This document shows positions 1 to 5,464 of a DNA stretch of 15,561 nt, piece after piece. This DNA is from Candidatus Bipolaricaulia bacterium (GTDB lineage: Bacteria; Bipolaricaulota; Bipolaricaulia; JBHIAT01), in contig JBHIAT010000079.1 of assembly GCA_046758705.1 (NCBI GenBank), positions 1 to 15,561 on the forward strand, written 5' to 3'. Every line of letters begins with the position of its first letter. Within the stretch, counting starts at the first letter, position 1. The position numbers and the translations under genes are program-made. The notes under the pieces were generated by a model that saw only the letters and a program-made list of their open reading frames with translations, searched no databases and was not told the origin of the DNA.

Positions 1-534
1 GGTCAGATACAGTTCACGCCAGTGTTCTCGTGGGGGGATGGACCACTCCTCGTAAAGATCTTCGGCCAGATAATCGCCGCGATACAGCTCGATACTTTGT
101 TGGTACTGTTCCAGAGCTTGCGACCAACGCCCCGCCTGTTCCAACTCCCGTGCGGACTCCACATGTTGGTGAAACGCCTTAGTGTCTATCCAGCAGGGGG
201 CGTTCTCGCTGAAGCAGTAGCCTCCCCCGACGCGCAGGACGAATTGGGAGTCGGTGCCCCGGTTGAGGTTCGGTTCCAGGGTGCGGCGCAATTCACTGAT
301 CTGTTTGTACAGGTTCTGAGTGGCGTTATCCGGATCGAGGTCGGGGAACAGGGCGTCGATCAGTTGGTCTTGGGTGAAGATGCGGCCACGTTCGGTGAGC
401 AGGATTTTGAGCAGGGTTTGAGTCTTGCGCTGGGGCCAGGCTTGAGGAGGAAGGGGTTCATCATTGCGCCAAGCCTCAAAATGCCCCAAGAGCTTCACTT
501 GGAGTCCGAGGTCATTGTCATTCATCTGCTTCAT
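1..534 (-). CDS. SARP/AfsR/DnrI-family transcriptional activator (OmpR-type winged HTH + BTAD), 5' part only; continues beyond the left edge
   Basis: Hand translation of the minus strand from ATG 534 (SD GAGGAGG at 548-542) is open to base 1: MKQMNDNDLGLQVKLLGHFEAWRNDEPLPPQAWPQRKTQTLLKILLTERGRIFTQDQLIDALFPDLDPDNATQNLYKQISELRRTLEP...GGGYCF...CWIDTKAF...LYRGDYLAEDLYEEW. The LLG-F start, LRRxLEP, GY, WIDxxxF and LYRGxYL..W motifs are typical of SARP/BTAD proteins. Not in the ORF track because there is no stop inside the window. Confidence 0.92.
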   Translation of the reverse strand, partial: MKQMNDNDLGLQVKLLGHFEAWRNDEPLPPQAWPQRKTQTLLKILLTERGRIFTQDQLIDALFPDLDPDNATQNLYKQISELRRTLEPNLNRGTDSQFVLRVGGGYCFSENAPCWIDTKAFHQHVESARELEQAGRWSQALEQYQQSIELYRGDYLAEDLYEEWSIPPREHWRELYLT

Positions 535-578
535 CAACGAGCCTCCTCATGAGATGAGCACCTTGGCTTGCCTACGTC

Positions 579-608
579 TTTATACACTCTGTGAACGCCC
601 GCGTACAA
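579..608 (-). promoter_or_regulatory. Possible sigma70-type promoter of the SARP gene
   Basis: Minus strand TTGTAC (608-603) - 18 nt - TATAAA (584-579), about 45 nt upstream of ATG 534. Confidence 0.4.
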
Positions 609-677
609 ATATCTGTAGAGTCGGCCAACCACCCAATTCAAATGAGATAGTCGTTATCCCAAGTTGTGAGAAAGAAA

Positions 678-721
678 AGAAAGTTATCAGGAAGAAAAAA
701 GGAAGATTCCCTCGCTATAAA
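678..721 (+). promoter_or_regulatory. Putative SARP-dependent promoter: three 11-bp-periodic direct repeats followed by a -10 element
   Basis: AGAAAGT (678-684), AGGAAGA (689-695) and AGGAAGA (700-706), each separated by 4 nt, then TATAAA at 716-721. No recognisable -35 hexamer. Confidence 0.55.
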
Positions 722-756
722 CATATCAGAACTCCAACGGGAAGGAGGTGGAATCG

Positions 757-873
757 ATGAAGGCGCGACTGGTGAAGGCGATCCTGATCCTGCTCCCCGT
801 GGTTGGCGTGTTGCTCGCAGGTGGAGCTCCGATGCGGATCAGTGGAGGACCAGGAGGAGGAAAAGGGAAATAA
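757..873 (+). CDS. Small 38-aa secreted/precursor-like peptide MKARLVKAILILLPVVGVLLAGGAPMRISGGPGGGKGK
   Basis: Perfect SD AAGGAGGTG (742-750) 6 nt before ATG 757; TAA at 871-873. Basic N-terminus, hydrophobic core, LAGGA motif and Gly/Lys tail; followed by a hairpin. Below the ORF-track size cutoff. Confidence 0.8.
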   Translation: MKARLVKAILILLPVVGVLLAGGAPMRISGGPGGGKGK

Positions 874-882
874 GGTTTTCCC

Positions 883-919
883 GGGGGACAATGGGGGCTT
901 CATGTCCCCGTTCTCCCCC
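883..919 (+). other. GC-rich RNA hairpin downstream of the peptide gene (stabiliser or leaky terminator)
   Basis: GGGGGACAATGGGGG-CTTCATG-TCCCCGTTCTCCCCC: 15-position stem with one C-C mismatch and two G-U pairs; no U-tract after it. Confidence 0.6.
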
Positions 920-985
920 TCCCCAAGGGATTGTGGAGTGGTTGGTTTAGAAAGGGCAGCAGGCAGGAGATGAAGGAGGCGCTCA

Positions 986-1486
986 ATGTTTATCGATGGA
1001 GTGATCCTGGCGATTCTGCTGGCGTGGCTTTCCGGAGGCGATTTCCGCAAGCTGGCCGATATCCCGCTGAAGCAGGTCTTCCTGATCGTCATGGCATTCG
1101 GCATCCAGTTCGGGCTCATCTTCTCCCCGGGAAACTCCTTCCTTCAGGCCTATCATCCTTATATCCACCTGGGAACCTACGGCCTGCTCTTCTGGGTGTT
1201 GTGGAAGAACTGGCGGGTGGTCGGGATGAAGCTAGTCGGCCTGGGGCTTGCGCTGAACTTCCTCATCATCGCCGCCAACGTGGGGAAGATGCCGGTATCA
1301 CTGACAGCGATGCAGCGTACCGGACTTGACACGCCCGCGATCATAGCGTCGCTTCAAAGTGGCCAAGACTTTAAGCACACGTTAATGACTGAAGGAACGC
1401 GACTCAACTTCCTGGGGTGGAATGACAAAACCTATCGTCCAAGTCGAGAACCTGACAAAGATCTATCGCAACTACCGCCAGGGTGA
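986..1486 (+). CDS. DUF5317-like multi-pass membrane protein, apparently lacking its native C-terminus (possible pseudogene)
   Basis: SD AAGGAGG before ATG 986. Several hydrophobic segments, with motifs GGxxxxL, GLALNFLIIAANVGKMPVS and HTLMTEGTRLNFLG as recalled for DUF5317. After FLG (to 1417) the sequence turns into a polar tail overlapping the next gene by 65 nt. Confidence 0.72.
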   Translation: MFIDGVILAILLAWLSGGDFRKLADIPLKQVFLIVMAFGIQFGLIFSPGNSFLQAYHPYIHLGTYGLLFWVLWKNWRVVGMKLVGLGLALNFLIIAANVGKMPVSLTAMQRTGLDTPAIIASLQSGQDFKHTLMTEGTRLNFLGWNDKTYRPSREPDKDLSQLPPG

Positions 1487-2219
1487 TGTGGTGGCCGTCG
1501 ATCACGTCAGCTTCTCGGTGAACAGAAACGAAGTCGTCGGGCTGCTCGGACCTAACGGTGCCGGAAAGACGACCACCATCAAGTGTCTCTGCACTCTCAT
1601 TCGTCCGACTTCCGGTCACATCACCATCGACGGCACCGATACCTTAGCCCATCCCCGCGTCGCCCTCGGCAAGATCGCTGCCGTCCTCGAAGGCAACCGC
1701 AACATCTACTGGCGTCTGAGCCCCAGAGAGAACCTGGAGTTCTTCGCCGGGCTCCAGGGCATCCCTACCAGGAAAATCCGCCCCTACATCGATCAGCTCA
1801 TTGAACTCTTCAATCTGGGGGAGAAAGCGAAAACCCCGGCGCGAATGTTATCGCGCGGCATGCAACAGAAGCTGGCGGTGGCCTGCGCGTTGGTCAAAGG
1901 GACGGACATCTTGCTGTTGGATGAGCCCACCTTGGGCCTGGACGTCGAGACCTCTTACGAACTGAGAAACGTCCTTAAGGAGATGGCTAAGCGCGGCGAG
2001 CGCACCATCTTGCTGTCGAGCCACAACATGAACGTCGTGGAAGAGATCTGCGATCGCGTGATCATCATCCATCAGGGTCGCGTCGTGACCGACGACCAGG
2101 TCGCGAATCTGCTTGAACTGTTCAAGGCGAGGGCGTATCGATTCGCGATCGAGTCGATCGACTGTCGTAACCCGAATCTTGAGGAGATCTTCCTCAAGAT
2201 CGTCCAGGGAGGTAAATAG
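1422..2219 (+). CDS. ABC transporter ATP-binding protein (ABC-2/drug-peptide exporter type)
   Basis: Walker A GPNGAGKTT, signature LSRGMQQK, Walker B ILLLDEPT, H-loop SSH, C-terminal PNLEEIF. Confidence 0.95.
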   Translation: MTKPIVQVENLTKIYRNYRQGDVVAVDHVSFSVNRNEVVGLLGPNGAGKTTTIKCLCTLIRPTSGHITIDGTDTLAHPRVALGKIAAVLEGNRNIYWRLSPRENLEFFAGLQGIPTRKIRPYIDQLIELFNLGEKAKTPARMLSRGMQQKLAVACALVKGTDILLLDEPTLGLDVETSYELRNVLKEMAKRGERTILLSSHNMNVVEEICDRVIIIHQGRVVTDDQVANLLELFKARAYRFAIESIDCRNPNLEEIFLKIVQGGK

Positions 2220-2220
2220 G

Positions 2221-2997
2221 ATGACCACCCTCGTACTGATGAAGGCGATGGTCAAGCGCTATGGGATTGAGCTGCGACGCTACTACTTCAACACACTCTC
2301 GGGCTTGGTGACCGTCTATATGATCTTTCTTTTCATCTTCTTGGGAGCGCGATCGTTCGCCGGGAACACCCCCGGCTTTGGCGAGACGCATGCGGCGCTG
2401 GTGGTCGGATTTATGATCTGGTTCCTGGCGCTCTTCGCCTATGACGAACTCTCATGGGTGTTGATCCAAGAGGCTCAGCAGGGGACGTTGGAACAGCTGT
2501 CGATGTCCCCATTGGGGTTCGGGCGCGTGCTGTTAAGCCGCATCTTGGCCGCATTGGTCTTCGATATCGGGATCATGTTGATCTTTCTGGTTTTGATGAT
2601 GGCCTCCACGGGGAAATGGCTTCATCTGGATTTCTTGAGCATCTTTCCGTTGTTGCTGCTCACCGTCGCAGGTGTGCTGGGGATTGGGTTCATCATGGGC
2701 GGGCTGGCGCTTGTCTTCAAACAGATCGAAGGCTCATTCCAGATTCTGCAGTTCATGTTCGTGGCGATGATCGCCGCGCCCCCCGAGAGGTTCTCGTTTG
2801 CGAAGTACCTGCCACTGTCGTGGGGGACGAATCTGATCCGCCGGGTGATGATCGAGGAGGCGTCGATTCTGGAGATTCCGGTGGGAGATCTGCTGTTTTT
2901 GGTGGGGAATGCCGTGTTCTACCTGGGATTGGGATTTGCGATATTCAAATTCTTTGAGCACCAGGCGCGCGATCAGGGACTGTTGGGGCACTATTGA
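2221..2997 (+). CDS. ABC-2 type transporter permease
   Basis: Real start is most likely ATG 2221 (MTTLVLMKAM), 1 nt after the ATPase stop with SD GGAGGT upstream, rather than 2113. About six TM segments, ExxxGTLEQLxMSP motif and LPLSWG. Confidence 0.9.
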   Translation: MTTLVLMKAMVKRYGIELRRYYFNTLSGLVTVYMIFLFIFLGARSFAGNTPGFGETHAALVVGFMIWFLALFAYDELSWVLIQEAQQGTLEQLSMSPLGFGRVLLSRILAALVFDIGIMLIFLVLMMASTGKWLHLDFLSIFPLLLLTVAGVLGIGFIMGGLALVFKQIEGSFQILQFMFVAMIAAPPERFSFAKYLPLSWGTNLIRRVMIEEASILEIPVGDLLFLVGNAVFYLGLGFAIFKFFEHQARDQGLLGHY

Positions 2998-3027
2998 AAA
3001 AATGCTCGATCAAATCCTGCGGACCGG

Positions 3028-4875
3028 TCAATCGGTCCGACGGACCTCGATCCGGCTCCCTGCCTCGTGAGCTTTGCGGATCTGTTCCGCCACCGCCGTT
3101 CCATGGCTCAGCTTGATGCTGCCCGACTTCGACACCGCCCCCATAAACGCCCGCTCCCCGTCGATCAGGATCTCGACGTTCTCCCCGTGTAGGCCGTGCA
3201 GATTCACGATGACATGGCGATCATCACTTTCCACCTCGACCGTCCCTACCCGGTTCGATCCCATCTCTTCGAACGAGCGGACATCGAGATGCAGGCTCAC
3301 CTGATCCTCAATCCGTCTGATCCGCTCGCCACCCCTGCCGAGGATGTAGGGGATCTGAGACCGATCGACGTAGATGGCCGCCGTATCATCGGACTTCACC
3401 TGAACCATCACGCTCCCGCGCACCATCTGACTGATCCGATACCTCAGCTCTTGCTCTGCCAGTTGCCAGATCGGCTTGCCTTCCATCACCTCGATCGGCA
3501 TGACCACCACCTGCTCGCCGTAGGTGTAAATCTCATACTTCAAGGCGTGCGTCAAGACGTCCCGCACCTCGATGACCGGCCGGGCCAGGTCGCGACTCTC
3601 CATCCCGGCGGGGATCTTCACCGCGAAGTCCACATCGTAGAACGCCTCGATGTCGCCCTCCTCGATGTAGACGATCGTATCGACGATCTGGGGGATGAGG
3701 CCGAGTTCCACCCGGCCGATCAGCCGCTGCACCGCGTCGATCCCCCGGGTGGCGTGGACGACTCCCACCAGTCCTACACCGGCCATCCGCAGATCGGCGA
3801 ACACCTGGAAGTCATGGGTTTGACGCATCTCGTCAAACAGGGTGTAATCCGGACGGACGAGCAGCAGGATGTTGGCCGTCTTGGCCATGTCATCGTCCAA
3901 CGCGGTGTACTGGGTGATCTCATCGCTGACCTCCAGGTCCCGTGGCCGCTCCATTGTCTTCACCACCCAGCCGGCCTCTTCGAGGTAGGTAGCGATCGCC
4001 TGCACCAGCGTCGTCTTGCCAGCACCGGGCGGACCGGCGACCAGCACGCCGTGATACTGTTCCTTCAATCGCCCCTGAAGCAGCTTGGCATAAGAGTAAT
4101 CGGAGATCTCTGTCCGGGCGACGGGACGGACTGCCGTGATCTCTAACGCGTCGGAGAACGGCGGCCGGGCGATGGCAATGCGGATATTATCGAGCTGGAC
4201 GATGGTAGAACCGCCGGCATCCATCTCGATGAACCCGTTGTGATGGACCTCGGCCGTCTCGATCACCTCCTGGGCGATCCGCCACACCGCGTCGTGGGTG
4301 AGCGATTCATCCCCAATATAGGTGATCTCCATGCTCCCTGGTCGGCCCCGTTTGGCCTTCGGACGGGCGTTCGCCCGCAGATGCACCGACATCGTATCCT
4401 CGTCGAAGTAGCTGAGCAACTGCATCGATTCGAAGCTGCGCCGCTCCTCCTCTTCCTCAACTTCATAGAGCCAGATGGGAATCCCTTTGACCTCAGCGAT
4501 CAACGCCTGGATCTCATTGCTGGTGATCAGCGTCGTTCCCTCGGCCTCGGCCATCTCGATGACCAGTGCGTCGATCTCGCTCGGTTCGGCGGCCACCATC
4601 GGCCGCTCGCCCCGGTAGACGAGGGTGAGATCCTTTTCGTGATGCAGCCGTTGCAGCTTTCTGAGCTCCTCTAGCCCTGTGTAGCCGGTCTCTTGGCCCT
4701 GGGATGTCTGGTACTCCAACTCGGCGACCACCGCCTCGGGAACGATCAACTCCACACCGCTGAGCTTGTCCGCTTCCACCTCGATGTTGATCCGCCCGTC
4801 GACGATTACACTCGTGTCGAGGACGAATCGCCGGTTCGGGCCGCCGGTTTTCTCCTTAGATTCAGACTTGGTCAT
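3028..4875 (-). CDS. PINc/VapC-family ATPase with KH domain (archaeal PINA-like)
   Basis: N-terminal PIN domain (VLDTS, VPEAVVAELE), PilT/VirB11-like ATPase (GPPGAGKTT, KTMERPRDL, FDEMR, GVVHAT, RVELGLIPQIVDT) and KH motif ILGRGGERIRRIE. SD GAGGG upstream. Confidence 0.9.
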   Translation of the reverse strand: MTKSESKEKTGGPNRRFVLDTSVIVDGRINIEVEADKLSGVELIVPEAVVAELEYQTSQGQETGYTGLEELRKLQRLHHEKDLTLVYRGERPMVAAEPSEIDALVIEMAEAEGTTLITSNEIQALIAEVKGIPIWLYEVEEEEERRSFESMQLLSYFDEDTMSVHLRANARPKAKRGRPGSMEITYIGDESLTHDAVWRIAQEVIETAEVHHNGFIEMDAGGSTIVQLDNIRIAIARPPFSDALEITAVRPVARTEISDYSYAKLLQGRLKEQYHGVLVAGPPGAGKTTLVQAIATYLEEAGWVVKTMERPRDLEVSDEITQYTALDDDMAKTANILLLVRPDYTLFDEMRQTHDFQVFADLRMAGVGLVGVVHATRGIDAVQRLIGRVELGLIPQIVDTIVYIEEGDIEAFYDVDFAVKIPAGMESRDLARPVIEVRDVLTHALKYEIYTYGEQVVVMPIEVMEGKPIWQLAEQELRYRISQMVRGSVMVQVKSDDTAAIYVDRSQIPYILGRGGERIRRIEDQVSLHLDVRSFEEMGSNRVGTVEVESDDRHVIVNLHGLHGENVEILIDGERAFMGAVSKSGSIKLSHGTAVAEQIRKAHEAGSRIEVRRTD

Positions 4876-4894
4876 CTTTATCCCTCAATAGCAA

Positions 4895-4923
4895 ATCTTA
4901 TCAGTATTCGGCGAAAAGTTCAA
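4895..4923 (-). promoter_or_regulatory. sigma70-type promoter of the PINA-like gene
   Basis: Minus strand TTGAAC (4923-4918) - 17 nt - TAAGAT (4900-4895), with an extended -10 TGn. Confidence 0.65.
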
Positions 4924-4965
4924 CGCTTTCAGACGTTGCGGGTGGAGAATGTCGATCCCAAATTC

Positions 4966-4994
4966 TTGACAACGCTGCACAGTTGTGTTATACT
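4966..4994 (+). promoter_or_regulatory. Near-consensus sigma70 promoter of the ilv-leu operon
   Basis: TTGACA (4966-4971) - 17 nt - TATACT (4989-4994), with an extended -10 TG at 4986-4987. Confidence 0.88.
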
Positions 4995-5025
4995 TACCCC
5001 ACTTAACCCCAAGGGGGGACTTCAA

Positions 5026-5100
5026 ATGGTTGATGTGAATACGTTCTACAGCAGTTTCTTGGTATCCATTCTGCTGTCCCCCATTATCCTGCCCCGCTAG
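5026..5100 (+). CDS. ilv-leu operon leader (attenuator) peptide MVDVNTFYSSFLVSILLSPIILPR
   Basis: SD-like AAGGGGGG at 5011-5018. 24 codons, of which 10 are Ile/Leu/Val and 8 fall in codons 12-22. Lies directly after the promoter of a BCAA operon; the stop codon sits within the hairpin TGCCCC-GCTA-GGGGCA (5090-5105). Confidence 0.78.
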   Translation: MVDVNTFYSSFLVSILLSPIILPR

Positions 5101-5217
5101 GGGCAAAATACATTCCACACTCAAACCGAGCTAAAATCTTTTTTTCAACCTCAGGCTGAGGCTTCAATCTACAGGTAAGGTCTAAATACGTAAAGATTTG
5201 ACAGGAGGTGAGACCGA

Positions 5218-5436
5218 ATGACCTGTCAACGGTGTGCCTCAAGGATGATGCGGATAGATGGTTACACTTTCAGGCCGTCGCTCGCGGTGGAGGAGTGGGT
5301 TTGTGAGAATGAGGCGTGCGGTTACACCTTCGAGATCCGCCGTACCAGTTACGGGATCTACTTGACGATGGATTCGGAAGGATTAGGAGTTTTGCTAAGC
5401 TCCGACAACGGATCGAGGGTGCCGGATAGGTTTTAA
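5218..5436 (+). CDS. Small zinc-ribbon protein (CxxC...CxNxxCGxTF, Ogr/Delta-like pattern), function unknown
   Basis: Perfect SD AGGAGGTG (5203-5210). Four cysteines as CQRC and CENEAC followed by GYTF. Fills the gap between the leader and ilvB. Confidence 0.7.
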   Translation: MTCQRCASRMMRIDGYTFRPSLAVEEWVCENEACGYTFEIRRTSYGIYLTMDSEGLGVLLSSDNGSRVPDRF

Positions 5437-5464
5437 ACCGAAAGCAAAAGGAGGTTCCCTCAGG

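Noticed and set aside
22-552. 176-aa plus-strand ORF in the track
   Set aside because: Antisense shadow of the minus-strand SARP gene, which has clear family motifs and an SD.
464-1329. ORFs 464-760, 666-950, 715-1119, 931-1329 and 983-1168
   Set aside because: No recognisable motifs; they overlap the promoter region, the better-supported 757-873 peptide or the DUF5317-like gene.
2113-2220. N-terminal extension of the permease as given in the track
   Set aside because: Overlaps the ATPase and is Ser/Arg-rich nonsense; ATG 2221 has an SD and directly follows the ATPase stop.
3028-4875. PIN domain as a VapC toxin of a toxin-antitoxin pair, or the ATPase as pilus PilT
   Set aside because: PIN is fused to ATPase and KH domains in the PINA architecture; no antitoxin or pilus genes are adjacent.
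4693-5025. 135-aa ORF 4693-5100 as a full protein
   Set aside because: The upstream part is antisense to the PINA-like gene and crosses the promoter; only 5026-5100 is supported, as a leader peptide.
5000-5217. T-box riboswitch upstream of ilv-leu
   Set aside because: No T-box consensus (GGTGGNACCGCG) or terminator/antiterminator pair found; a leader peptide explains the region better.
5198-5226. Second TTGACA as an internal promoter
   Set aside because: No -10-like hexamer 16-18 nt downstream; it overlaps the SD of the zinc-ribbon ORF.
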